This document shows, piece by piece, positions 20,499-30,409 of a DNA stretch of 64,000 nucleotides. The stretch covers positions 8,808-72,807 of the forward strand of contig CABRHH010000008.1 of the NCBI GenBank assembly GCA_902470695.1, read 5' to 3'. The notes under the pieces are model-generated. The model worked only from the letters and a program-made list of their open reading frames with translations. It did not search any database and had not been told where the DNA came from. The position numbers and the translations under genes were made by a program. This stretch comes from an uncultured Collinsella sp. Its GTDB lineage: Bacteria; Actinomycetota; Coriobacteriia; Coriobacteriales; Coriobacteriaceae. The number at the start of each line of letters is the position of its first letter. Position 1 is the stretch's first letter.

Positions 20499-21233
20499 TT
20501 AGGCCTTCCAGGCGGCAACGGCCGAGCGCAGCCAGGCGGCCCACTCATCGATGCCCTCGCCGGTCTTGGCGCTGATGGGGATGATGGTGGCGTTCGGATT
20601 GCGCGCGAGGATGTTGGCGCGCACGCGCTCCATGCTGAAGGTGTCGAACACCGGTAGCGCGTCGATCTTGTTGATGAGCACCACGTCGCAGATGCTGAAC
20701 ATGAGCGGATACTTGAGCGGCTTGTCGTCGCCCTCCGGCACCGACAGGATCATCGCGTTCGCGCTGGCGCCGGTGTCGAACTCCGCCGGACACACCAGGT
20801 TGCCCACGTTCTCCAGGATCGCCAGGTCAACGGCGAGGGCACCCCTCGCCTCGGCATCACCGATTGACCCCGTCCCCGTTTGCAGGTCGTCCTGCGTCAA
20901 CAGGCCGTTGAGCCCCTGCTCGGTCATATAGGCGTCCAGGTGGCACATGCCACCCGTATGCAGCTGGATGGCGCGCACGCCGGTGTCGGCGATCGTGCGC
21001 GCGTCCACGTCGGAATCGATATCCGCCTCCATGACGGCAATCGACAGCTCGTCGCGCAGCGCCTCGATCGTGCGCGTGAGCGTGGTGGTTTTACCCGAGC
21101 CCGGACTCGACATCAGATTCAGGAGAAACATCCCCCGTGCGCGCAGGCGATCGCGCAGCTCCTGCGCCTTGCGGTCATTGTCCGCAAAGACGCTCTCCTT
21201 GACTTCAAGCACACGCACGTCGGCCATGTGCAC
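20499..21233 (-). CDS. hypB: Nickel incorporation GTPase HypB
   Basis: LMSSPGSGKTT, TGGMCHLDA, ENVGNLVCPAEFD, EGDDKPLKYP, NKID and SAKTGEG. Confidence 0.95.
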   Translation of the reverse strand: MHMADVRVLEVKESVFADNDRKAQELRDRLRARGMFLLNLMSSPGSGKTTTLTRTIEALRDELSIAVMEADIDSDVDARTIADTGVRAIQLHTGGMCHLDAYMTEQGLNGLLTQDDLQTGTGSIGDAEARGALAVDLAILENVGNLVCPAEFDTGASANAMILSVPEGDDKPLKYPLMFSICDVVLINKIDALPVFDTFSMERVRANILARNPNATIIPISAKTGEGIDEWAAWLRSAVAAWKA

Positions 21234-21258
21234 CCCTCCCTGTAGCGGCGAACTACTA

Positions 21259-21296
21259 TTGACACTTTGTCAAATTCTATATTGACGAATTGTCAA
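21259..21296. promoter_or_regulatory. Two 15-bp palindromic operators (TTGAC-N5-GTCAA) in the hypB/tetR divergent region
   Basis: TTGACACTTTGTCAA at 21259-21273 and TTGACGAATTGTCAA at 21282-21296. Confidence 0.75.
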
Positions 21297-21349
21297 CAAT
21301 ATTCAAGACTGTATTCGTCCAACGGTCGATTCGACGGGAGGAAAGGCAT

Positions 21350-21979
21350 ATGGCAAGCCAGCATGAGGCCCATCAGCGCGAACGGCACACGCACGAGGAC
21401 CGGCGCGCCGAGATCCTCGAGGCGGTGCGCGCCATCTGCGCGGGCGAGGGCATGGGCCGCCTGTCCGTCTCGGGCATCACCGAGCGCGTGGGATGCACGC
21501 GTTCGCTGTTCTACCACTACTTCCCCACCAAGGAGGCGGCGCTCGACGCTGCGCTCGAGGACACCATCGATTCGTTCATCGAGCGTCTGAAGGCATGGAA
21601 CGCCCAGCGCACGCGCGGCGATATCGACGGCGCGCTCACCAGTGCCGCCGAGCTGCTCACATCGCTTATCAGCGAACGCTACGAGCTGTCGCGCTCGCTG
21701 GAATGCGGCACCGCAGCCGGCGTGTACACCGCATTTGTGCACCGGATAGCCGAGCGCGTGGCGCGCTACATCTGCGATACCACGGTGGTTGACTTCGCGC
21801 GCTACCACGAGGTCTGCATCGACCACGTATACGAGACCATGTACGTGCTGATCACGGGGCTGATCATGTACCTGCGTTCGCACCCGGACGCGCCGGCCGC
21901 GACCGTCAAGGACATCATCGCCAGCACCCTGCATCTTGGGCACTTTATCGAGAAGCAGGCGGAGGAGCGCCCCTTGTAG
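21350..21979 (+). CDS. TetR/AcrR family regulator
   Basis: HTH (ITERVGCTRSLFYHYFPTKE); GAAAGG RBS. Confidence 0.92.
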   Translation: MASQHEAHQRERHTHEDRRAEILEAVRAICAGEGMGRLSVSGITERVGCTRSLFYHYFPTKEAALDAALEDTIDSFIERLKAWNAQRTRGDIDGALTSAAELLTSLISERYELSRSLECGTAAGVYTAFVHRIAERVARYICDTTVVDFARYHEVCIDHVYETMYVLITGLIMYLRSHPDAPAATVKDIIASTLHLGHFIEKQAEERPL

Positions 21980-22467
21980 GGAATGTTCCGCTCCGGGGTG
22001 AGGGGCGCGGCGCACCAGGCTCTGGCAGCGCCTCCCGTGTGGCGCGCGGACGGCGGGAAGGATGGTGCGGTGCGGGCCGCATGCCCGCGACGGGCCGTGC
22101 GCCCGCTGCGACAGCGCCCGCGTCTCAAGCGCGGTCCCACTCCGACAAACCCCGGCGGCCTACGCCCCACCCCGGTTGCCCCGGCGACCCTCGGCGCGCG
22201 CCCGGCGGCCCACCCCCCCCCGGCAGCAGCCGCGACGGCCCTGCAGCCCTGGCCGCAACCGGCGGCCCCGGGCAGCGGCCAGTGCCCCATCCCGACGGCC
22301 CCGCGCAGCTCCCGGGCAGCGGCCCGCGTCCCATCCCGACGGCCCCGCGCAGCTCCCGGGCAGCGGCCAGCTTTCCATCCCGACGGCCCCGGCGGCCTAC
22401 GCCCCATCATTGCCGACCATGCGCCCGGGCAATCGAACCCGAGCGCTCCAACGAAAGGAGAACCTGT

Positions 22468-23442
22468 ATGTTATTCGAGGTGTACGGAGAAAACGCCGCG
22501 TTCCAGTGGCTCGGGTGGGCCCTGGTGTTCGTGGGCCTCATCGCCGCCAACGAGGTGGCGCGGCGCTCCAAGATCGGCGGCATCGCCTGCTTTCTCGGCC
22601 TGCCCACCGTGCTGACCGTCTACTTCATCGCAATCTACGTGGGAGCGGCCGCGGGCGCCGATTGGGCGCTCAACAACCCCACGTACGTCCACATGAACAG
22701 CTGGTTCCACTACGCCAAGCTTTACGCCGCCACCGCCGGCTGCATCGGCTTCATGATGCTGAAATACGGCTGGGGCAAGCTCGGACGCAGCGAGGCGTTC
22801 AAGGTCTTCCCCTTCGCCATCGTGGCCATCAACATCCTGATCGCCGTGGTGTCCGATTTCGAGAGCGCGGTGCGCGCGTTCGGCACCACCTGGGTGAGCT
22901 CCGAGGGCGTCACGCTCATGGGCGGCTGGCACAACGTCCTCAACGGCGTTGCCGGTCTCATCAACATCTTCTGCATGACCGGCTGGTGGGGCATCTACCG
23001 CTCCAAGAAACGCGAAGACATGCTGTGGCCGGACATGACGTGGGTCTACATCGTGGCCTATGACCTGTGGAACTTCTGCTACACCTACAACTGCCTGCCC
23101 ACGCATGCCTGGTACTGCGGCCTGGCGCTGCTGCTGGCGCCCACGGTGGCGAACTTCTTCTGGAACAAGGGCGGCTGGATCCAGAACCGAGCCAACACGC
23201 TGGCGCTGTGGTGCATGTTCGCGCAGGTGGTGCCCGCGTTCCAGGATTACTCCGTGTTCAGCACCAACTCTGTGAACAACCCGAACGTGAACTTGGCTGT
23301 GTCCGCCGTGGCGCTCGCCGCCAACATCGCAGCGCTTGCCTACATCGTCTACCGCGCCAAGAAGCTCGGCGTGAACCCCTACAAGCACGAGGTCTTCCGC
23401 GGCACGCGCGACTTCGAGCAGGCCGTCGCCCGCGCCGAGTAG
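22468..23442 (+). CDS. Conserved multi-pass membrane protein (resembles DUF5692 family)
   Basis: AAAGGAG RBS; about 8 hydrophobic segments; WFHYAKLY, DMLWPDM, YDLWNFCYTY and WIQNRANTL. Family name recalled, not searched. Confidence 0.75.
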   Translation: MLFEVYGENAAFQWLGWALVFVGLIAANEVARRSKIGGIACFLGLPTVLTVYFIAIYVGAAAGADWALNNPTYVHMNSWFHYAKLYAATAGCIGFMMLKYGWGKLGRSEAFKVFPFAIVAINILIAVVSDFESAVRAFGTTWVSSEGVTLMGGWHNVLNGVAGLINIFCMTGWWGIYRSKKREDMLWPDMTWVYIVAYDLWNFCYTYNCLPTHAWYCGLALLLAPTVANFFWNKGGWIQNRANTLALWCMFAQVVPAFQDYSVFSTNSVNNPNVNLAVSAVALAANIAALAYIVYRAKKLGVNPYKHEVFRGTRDFEQAVARAE

Positions 23443-23806
23443 CGCAGGAAAGACGGGCATCGGGGCGCGGCTGTTGGTGCCGGGGCACAGGCAGAGCGTG
23501 GCGCAAGCAGGACGGGCATCGGGGCGCAAGCCGTTGGTGCCGGGGCGCAAGCGGGGCGCCCGAGCGACTCCATAGACAGCGCGGCGGCAAGGCGCGGAAG
23601 TGCATGCAGGCGGTCGATGATTGCAAAACGGTGGCCGAGCGGCAGCTGGTGTCGCGGCGGCAAGGCGCGGGAGAGCGCGCATACGGTCGTCCCGCGCCCC
23701 GCAAGCAGGCTGCAGCAACAAGCGGTCACCTGTACCAGCGCATCGGCCGCGGCGCGGCCACGTATCCCAACAGGCAAATCGGCCGCGCGCCCCAACGGAC
23801 ACACCA

Positions 23807-24230
23807 AGGTTCGGGTTTCGGCCATCCGAAGAAATGGGGTTCGGACCGCGTCCGTCCAGGGAAATTGGGTTCGGACCGTGTCCATCTGAGCAAGTAGGGT
23901 TCGGCTTGCGTCCGTTTGAGAAAGCAAGGTTCGGCTTCTGTCCGTTTGAAAATGTAGGGTTCGTCTTCTGTCCATCTGAGAAAACAGGGTTCGCCCTGTG
24001 TCCGTTTGGGGCAGTTTTTTGCCTCTAGATGGACAAAGTCCGCACCCGGAATCGCCGGATGGACTAATTCCGAACCCGAGATTGTCGGATGGTCGAAGCC
24101 CGCACCCGCGATGTGTCGATGGACGAAATCCGAACCCGGACCGCATCGATGGACACAAGCCGCGCCTGGGGATGCACCGATGGACACAAGCCGCGCCCGG
24201 AGATGCACCGATGGCTGAAAGCCGAACCCG
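23807..24230. repeat. 30-bp-phased palindromic repeat element, copy B (7 + 7 units)
   Basis: GGTTCG every 30 bp from 23807 to 23987, centre GCAGTTTTTTGCC, then inverted GATGGAC-N6-CG(A/C)ACCC units. Confidence 0.9.
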
Positions 24231-24292
24231 GAACGGGGCGGGACTGCCCGCTCTCGGACCTCGGACGCGAACTTCATCCATCCACAGAAACA

Positions 24293-24535
24293 GGGTTCGG
24301 GTCTAAGCCATCCACAGAAACAGGGTTCGGGTCTGAGCCATCCACAGAAACAGGGTTCGGGTTTGAGCCATCCGGAAAAACCGGGTTCGCCTTCCGTCCA
24401 TCTGGAGCCGTTTTTCATCTCTGGATGGACGAAACCCGAACCCGGGATGTGTCGATGGACGAAACCCGAACCCGGAATTGCTGGATGGACGAGCAGCGAA
24501 CCCGGAATCGCCAGACGGACGGGATACGCACCCGG
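24293..24535. repeat. 30-bp-phased palindromic repeat element, copy C
   Basis: GGGTTCG at 24293, 24323, 24353 and 24383; centre GCCGTTTTT; inverted units from 24437. Confidence 0.9.
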
Positions 24536-24650
24536 GTTTGCCGAACGGCCAGGAGATAGACCGGGGCCGTCAAAAGGCTGGAAACCGAGCCGGGAATCGC
24601 CAATCGGCCAAAGGGTGAACCCAAATGCACCGGCGCCCCACCAACATGCA

Positions 24651-24696
24651 AAAGGCCTGCAGGCCGTCGCCATGATGGCGAAGCCTGCAGGCCTTT
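24651..24696. terminator. Long hairpin between convergent genes, possible bidirectional terminator
   Basis: AAAGGCCTGCAGGC..TCGCCAT-G-ATGGCGA.GCCTGCAGGCCTTT. Confidence 0.5.
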
Positions 24697-25003
24697 GTTC
24701 ATGCGAACGCCATGCAGCGCTCGGCTTGAAATGCAACGGCCCCGGGCGAAACCGGAATTCCGCCCATGCGGGCCATCGCGCTCGCGTGAATTACCACGGC
24801 AGCTCGGACCGATCGCGCTCGCGAGCACCGCGCGATCCCTGCTGGGCTGCGGCAACGGGAAACCCAGCCGCAGCCCATCTCATGCGAGCATCGCGCAGTG
24901 CACGCCGACGGGGTGCGCACTGCGCAGGCGCGTCGGCAGGGCACGTATCGCGCAGGCACGTCGGCAGGGCACGCATCGACAGGACGCGCACCGGCCAAAC
25001 GCG

Positions 25004-28000
25004 TTACCTGCGGCGGCGCTTGGCCACCACGATACCGCCCACGACCAGCACCGCACCGATGGCAACCACCGGGATGATCGCCAGCAGCGCATCGTCGCCC
25101 GTCTGGACGAGGTTGCCGCTCGGCTTGTTGCCCGGCTTCTGAGCACCGGCGTTGTTGCCGCCGTTGGCACCGGAACCACCGTTGCCGTTATCGCCGGTCC
25201 CGCCGTTGCCGTTGTCGGCCCCGCCGTTGTTACCGCCGGTCCCGCCGTTGCCGTTGTTGTCGCCGGATCCGTTGTCGCCGCCGTTGTCCCCACCGTTGTT
25301 GCTACCCGTGGTGGTCAGCTTCTTGCTCACCACATCGGACACGTTGCCGGCCGCGTCGAACGCACGCACGGACACCTCGTAGGCCGTACCGGGCTCAAGC
25401 CCCTCGAGCGTATAGCTCGTGGCGTCCGGACCGAGCTTGGCCACGCTCTTACCGTTCACGAACACCTCGTAGCCGGCAACATCGGTGTCGTCGGAGGCGG
25501 GCGTCCAGGTCAGCTTCGCGCTGGTGTCGCCCACCTCGCCGATCTCCACGTTGCCGGGGACCGTCGGCTTCTCGGTATCGCCGGCATCGGTGCCGCCGTC
25601 CTTGACCGTCACCTTGAGGTTGTCGAGCACGAAGTCGCCCGAACCGATCGCCGTGTTGCCGCTGTTGCCCGCGGAGTACAGGCCGATCCAGGTCAGACCA
25701 TCGTCTGCGCCGGTGACCTCCATCTTCACGTGCTGGGTGGTCTGCTTGCCGTCGACGTAGGTCACCGGGAGGAACTCGGTGGGAACCGTGTAGCTCTCGA
25801 TCTTCTCCGTATCGCCGTCGTCCTCGCCATGACCCACGATCATCTGGTACCGAGCCAGCTCGCCGGTCTGGTAGTCGAACTCAACCGTGTAGGTCTTGCC
25901 CGGCTCGAAGGCGAGCGTCTGGGGCGTCGTCTGATACAGCAGACCCTTGCGCCCGTCGTGGTACTTGAGCGACCAGTTGCCGTCGATGGCGTCGTCGAGC
26001 TGCTTGTTGTGCCAGCCGGTCTGCGTGTAGGGCGCGTGCTTCTCGGAGAGATGCGCCACCGCGTCGCCGCCGTAGGAGGACGGACCGATCACGAACGGGT
26101 ACAGGCCGGAAACAGCGTTCTCGAAGTCCTGGCTGAAATTGCCCTTGGCATCCTGCACCGGGAACTTCTCGTTCTCCACGTAGCGGATGTTGTCCACATA
26201 CGTGCTGCCCGCGCCCGCAGCGCGCTTCACCGTGAGCGTGGCGGTGTCGGAGCCGGCCGTGAACTTCACGTAGATGCGCGTCATGTGGGACGCCTGCAGG
26301 TTGCTCGTGTGCTTCTCGTCGCTGGCAGTGTAGTTCTGCGCCACCGAGCGGCCCGTGGAGCGCGCGGCCTTGGAGTCGCCCGAAGCAACCTCGATGGTCG
26401 CTTTCGCATCGGACTCGTTGTCGATATAGAGCTCGGCCACGTAGGTCTTGCCGGCGGTGAGGCCGGTGAGCTTGGTGGACACCGCCACATCCTTGGCCGG
26501 GCTGTTGATGGCCAGGCGCTGGTCGCCGGTGCCGGCGGTCTCGACGCGCACGGAGGCATCCGTCACGTCGCCGCTCCACACCTTGGCGTTGAGCTGCTCA
26601 TTGTTCTCGTAAGCGTTGAAGCCCGGGTCGGTCACGCCGGTGCCCTCGCCGAAGTCGACGGTGTCAGCCGTCGGGACCTCGGTCTTGGAGCTGGCCTTCA
26701 CGATCACGTAGGGCACGCCGGCCTCGGCCTTGAAGGTGAAGGCATCGGACGCAGGCAGGTCCTTGACCTTCACGCGGCCCTGGTCGGTGAGCTTGTAGAG
26801 CACCAGGTTCTGGCCCTTCCAGCCGTCGAGCAGCGTCCAGGTGGTGGAGTCGCCGTCGACGTTGTAGTGGTAGAGCTTCTCCTCGCCGTTCTCGTCGGTC
26901 CACGGCAGCAGGTAGGCGTCGTCGTCGAGGACCTTCACGCCCTTGAGGGTGATCTCGCGCTCGCACACGGCGTCGTTGCGCTGCTGCGCATGACGGGTCA
27001 CCACGACCTCGTCACCGGCCTCGTTCTTGAGCTTGATCTGCTTCTCGTGGTTGCCCACCGGCGAGACGTCGCCCTCGGCGCCGCTGTAGTTGGTCCAGTC
27101 GGTCACCTGGTAGTGCTGCAGGAAGCGGGTGGGCAGGTTCTCCAGGTAGGTGGTCTTCACGTAGGTGTTGAAGTCCTGCTCGTTGCCCCAGCCCTCGAAG
27201 CCCTCCAGCGTGTAGCCGGACAGCAGCGGGTTGTTCATCGCCGTCTTGGCGTGGCTTGCGGTGGGACCGGCGTTGTTGGGCGAGATGTCGCGCTGGTCGT
27301 TGCGCAGGAAGCGCGCGATGTCGCTGTTGATGCCCTTGGTGCCGGTGCCGCCGTACTGGATCTCGGTGGCCCAGTGGCTCCAGGTGGAGTCGTACTCGCC
27401 CTCGTTCGGGAACTCCGTGGAGAAGCGCCAGCCCAGCGAGTTGATCTGCTCGGCGATGCGGCGGGTCTCCCAGGCATCCTGGTACCACACGTCGAGATAG
27501 ATGAAGTCCATGTTGTTGTCGCGCTTCGCGGCGTCGGCCTTCAGCTCGGCCATCGATGCCGCGGCAGCGCCGGTCTCGGCCGGATCGCCCACGTACTCGC
27601 CCTTGCCGAAGTCCTTGTTCGCAAAGTGCGTGCCGTTGATGCGGTCGTAGAGCTGCACGAAGCGGTTCCAGCGCGCGCTGGAGCCCAGGTCCCACAGCTT
27701 GTCGATGGCAACGGACTGGTCAAGCCAACCCCAGCCGTTGCCCTGGCCCTTCACCATGCGCTCGTTGAAGGACTTCGACTCCTGGTAGGCCTCCTGCGCG
27801 TTCACGTGGATGCCCACCTGGGTGTTGTACTGGTGCGCCACCTTGATGAGGTCCTGGAACCCGGAAACGCCGCCTTCCTTCTCGGAGATGTCGGCGTACT
27901 CGGAGTTCGCAGAGTCGTGGCCCTCGTTGCCGTAGCCCTTGAGCAGGAGCGCCTGCGGCAGGCCGTCGGTGATCAGCGAGACCTTCTTCAGGTTGTCGGC

Positions 28001-30409
28001 CGTCAGCGCGTAGGGGTTGGTGACCTCGGACCCGAAGTTCATGACGATGCGGTAGTTCACCAGGTTCTTGATGTCCTCGGAGCCCTGCGGGGTGTTGAGG
28101 ATCTTGCGCGTGGCAACCGCGCCGTCGTTCCAGTCGATGTCGCCGTCACCGTTCGCGTCGCCATCGGCGATCGCGACCTTCACCCACGGCAGCTCGCTGG
28201 TCGGGTAGCTCTTGACGTCGGCGTTGTTGGCCAGATAGGTCTGGCCGCCCTTATCGCCCTGCTCGTAGTACCACACCGAGCTCGACAGGCCCATGGTATC
28301 GGTGCCGTTGTTTAGCGTGATGCGCTCGTCCTTCTCCATCTCGGAGTTGGAGAAGATGCCGGCGGAGAGATCCTTGCTGCTCAGGAAACCATACAGGAAG
28401 AAATCCTCGGTGCTGGGGTTGAACTCGCCGTCGAAGGAATAGAAGCGGTCGCCCGTCGCAGCGGCGTTGGTGGACATCTTCGCGCCGGCAAAGCCCGTGC
28501 CGCCGTCCACCTGGTCGAGCATGAGCAGGTTCATGCCGGAGATATCGATGGAGGCGATCGCGGCGGAGCCGTCGGCCTTCTTGATGTCGGTGATCTTCCA
28601 GGACAGCTCGGTGCCGGACACCTTCACCTCGACGGTCAGGGTCGCATTGACCTTGAGCTTGTCGGTGGGGGCCACGGTGAGCTCGTAGGTGGCGGTATCG
28701 CCCTTGATGGCCGCCTTGACCGTCGGGGCCACCTCGACGCCGTTGATCTTCAGCGTCTTGACGTCGGTCTCCTGGGCGCGGAAGAACTTGCCCTTGTTCG
28801 CGCCGGAGGTGAGCTCATAGCGGACCACCTGCGGGAACTTGTCGGACACGTAGACCTTCATCGCGTCGGAGGCGATGGTCTGGTACTTGCTCAGGTCAAC
28901 CTGGGCCTTGGGCTCCAGCTTGAAGTCGACCACGTTCTTGTCGGCGTCGGTGCCGCCCTTGACCGTCACCTTCTGGGAGAGGGCCTGGTAGCCAGGGTAG
29001 CTGGCCACGATGGTCTGCTCGCCGGCCTCAACGTCCTCGATCGCGTAGGCGCCCTTGGCGTCCGTGGTGGCCTTGAGGTTGGCCACGCGCACCACGGCGC
29101 CCTCGAGCGGCGTGCCGTCCTTGGCGGTGACCGTGCCCTTCACCGGGGCGAGGTTCACGTAGACGGACTCCTGCTGCTGGCCGGTGCGGTTGGCCGCGAA
29201 CTCCCAGGTGCCCTCCATGAGGTCGTGGGTCTCGGCAGTGTTGGCGACCTTGGCGTCGGCGAACTTGAACTCCGCGCCCGCGCCCTTGGCCATGACGGCC
29301 ATGTGGCCCTTGCCGGAATTCTTCGCAACGAAGTCGCCCACGGTCTGCAGGCTCGCGCTCTGCTTCTTGCCGTTGACGGACAGCTCGACCTTCTCGTTCT
29401 GCACGGTGATGGCCAGCTCGAGCGGCTCGCCGGCAACCGGAGCGGGCAGGTCGCCGCCCATGGAGCCGTAGCTGCCGCTGCCGCACTGCCAGTACCACTT
29501 GCTCGACGAGTCATAGCCGATGTAGAACCAGTTGTTCGCATCCACGTAGGTGTAGAAGATGCCGAAGTTGTTGGTGTTCACCGGGTTGAAGGTAAGCGAC
29601 ACGGTGTCGCCCGCCTTCACCGCGGCGTCCTTGCCGATCAGCGTGATCGGGCCCTTCTGGGCAGCGTCGCCGTAAGCATGGCCGCCGCCGTTGTTGTTGC
29701 CGGCGGTCACGTGGATCCACTTGCGACCCTCGGGCGTGGCGTACTCCGCCTTGGGCTCCCAGGTCTGGCCGTCGACCTCCTTGTAGGGCTTCCATGCGGA
29801 GAAGTCGACCACCGTCTTGTCGCCCATCTTCACGTTCGTGAAGTAGACGTCGGTGTAGTCGGAATTCCACGTTGCGGCGCCGAAGCCGACCTTGCCCTCC
29901 TGCTTCATGACGCTCACGAAGTCGGCGTTCTCCACAGACGCGGTGGCGCCGTTGACCGTCACCTTCACGGTGTTGTTCTCGTGCGAAACCGAGATGGCGG
30001 CCTTCTGGCCCTTCGGAATCGAAGGCAGGCCGCTGAGCGCCGGGTATCCGGACTTGTCGCCCGCCTTGTACTCGATGAACCAGCTGTTGCTTACGTCGTA
30101 GCCGACGTAGGCCCAGTGGGTATCGTCCACGTAGCTCACCACGAAACGCACGCGCGACTTCGCCGGATCGCTGTTCACGATGAAATCGGCCCCGACCGTC
30201 TGGTCGCCCACCTTGGTGTCGCTTAGCACGAACGCCTCGGGCTTTGCGCCTCCAAAGTGGTTGTTGCCGTTGTTGGCGCCCGACACGAGATGGCCCATGA
30301 TGGCGCCATCGGCAAATGCCGGAGCCACGGCGCCGAACGCCATGCCAACAGCCGCAATCACGGCTGCGGTATAGGCGAACAGACGGCGAAGCATGGTAGC
30401 TCTTCGCAT
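25004..30409 (-). CDS. Cell-wall-anchored endo-alpha-N-acetylgalactosaminidase (GH101)
   Basis: Signal peptide ending PAFA-D; DxNGDGDIDWNDGA, RIVMNFGS, LLKGYGNEGHDS, GIHVNAQE, WGWLDQ and FIYLDVW; FN3 domain, G/N linker, LVQTG sortase-like motif, TM helix and KRRRR tail. Confidence 0.9.
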   Translation of the reverse strand: MRRATMLRRLFAYTAAVIAAVGMAFGAVAPAFADGAIMGHLVSGANNGNNHFGGAKPEAFVLSDTKVGDQTVGADFIVNSDPAKSRVRFVVSYVDDTHWAYVGYDVSNSWFIEYKAGDKSGYPALSGLPSIPKGQKAAISVSHENNTVKVTVNGATASVENADFVSVMKQEGKVGFGAATWNSDYTDVYFTNVKMGDKTVVDFSAWKPYKEVDGQTWEPKAEYATPEGRKWIHVTAGNNNGGGHAYGDAAQKGPITLIGKDAAVKAGDTVSLTFNPVNTNNFGIFYTYVDANNWFYIGYDSSSKWYWQCGSGSYGSMGGDLPAPVAGEPLELAITVQNEKVELSVNGKKQSASLQTVGDFVAKNSGKGHMAVMAKGAGAEFKFADAKVANTAETHDLMEGTWEFAANRTGQQQESVYVNLAPVKGTVTAKDGTPLEGAVVRVANLKATTDAKGAYAIEDVEAGEQTIVASYPGYQALSQKVTVKGGTDADKNVVDFKLEPKAQVDLSKYQTIASDAMKVYVSDKFPQVVRYELTSGANKGKFFRAQETDVKTLKINGVEVAPTVKAAIKGDTATYELTVAPTDKLKVNATLTVEVKVSGTELSWKITDIKKADGSAAIASIDISGMNLLMLDQVDGGTGFAGAKMSTNAAATGDRFYSFDGEFNPSTEDFFLYGFLSSKDLSAGIFSNSEMEKDERITLNNGTDTMGLSSSVWYYEQGDKGGQTYLANNADVKSYPTSELPWVKVAIADGDANGDGDIDWNDGAVATRKILNTPQGSEDIKNLVNYRIVMNFGSEVTNPYALTADNLKKVSLITDGLPQALLLKGYGNEGHDSANSEYADISEKEGGVSGFQDLIKVAHQYNTQVGIHVNAQEAYQESKSFNERMVKGQGNGWGWLDQSVAIDKLWDLGSSARWNRFVQLYDRINGTHFANKDFGKGEYVGDPAETGAAAASMAELKADAAKRDNNMDFIYLDVWYQDAWETRRIAEQINSLGWRFSTEFPNEGEYDSTWSHWATEIQYGGTGTKGINSDIARFLRNDQRDISPNNAGPTASHAKTAMNNPLLSGYTLEGFEGWGNEQDFNTYVKTTYLENLPTRFLQHYQVTDWTNYSGAEGDVSPVGNHEKQIKLKNEAGDEVVVTRHAQQRNDAVCEREITLKGVKVLDDDAYLLPWTDENGEEKLYHYNVDGDSTTWTLLDGWKGQNLVLYKLTDQGRVKVKDLPASDAFTFKAEAGVPYVIVKASSKTEVPTADTVDFGEGTGVTDPGFNAYENNEQLNAKVWSGDVTDASVRVETAGTGDQRLAINSPAKDVAVSTKLTGLTAGKTYVAELYIDNESDAKATIEVASGDSKAARSTGRSVAQNYTASDEKHTSNLQASHMTRIYVKFTAGSDTATLTVKRAAGAGSTYVDNIRYVENEKFPVQDAKGNFSQDFENAVSGLYPFVIGPSSYGGDAVAHLSEKHAPYTQTGWHNKQLDDAIDGNWSLKYHDGRKGLLYQTTPQTLAFEPGKTYTVEFDYQTGELARYQMIVGHGEDDGDTEKIESYTVPTEFLPVTYVDGKQTTQHVKMEVTGADDGLTWIGLYSAGNSGNTAIGSGDFVLDNLKVTVKDGGTDAGDTEKPTVPGNVEIGEVGDTSAKLTWTPASDDTDVAGYEVFVNGKSVAKLGPDATSYTLEGLEPGTAYEVSVRAFDAAGNVSDVVSKKLTTTGSNNGGDNGGDNGSGDNNGNGGTGGNNGGADNGNGGTGDNGNGGSGANGGNNAGAQKPGNKPSGNLVQTGDDALLAIIPVVAIGAVLVVGGIVVAKRRRR

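Noticed and set aside
23807..24535. 30-bp periodic arrays as a CRISPR array
   Set aside because: The units are degenerate, switch orientation about a centre and have only about 11 variable bases; there are no unique 30-40 bp spacers and no cas genes.
24695..28315. 1206-aa plus-strand ORF
   Set aside because: Antisense shadow of the GH101 gene, typical of high-GC codon bias; no motifs.
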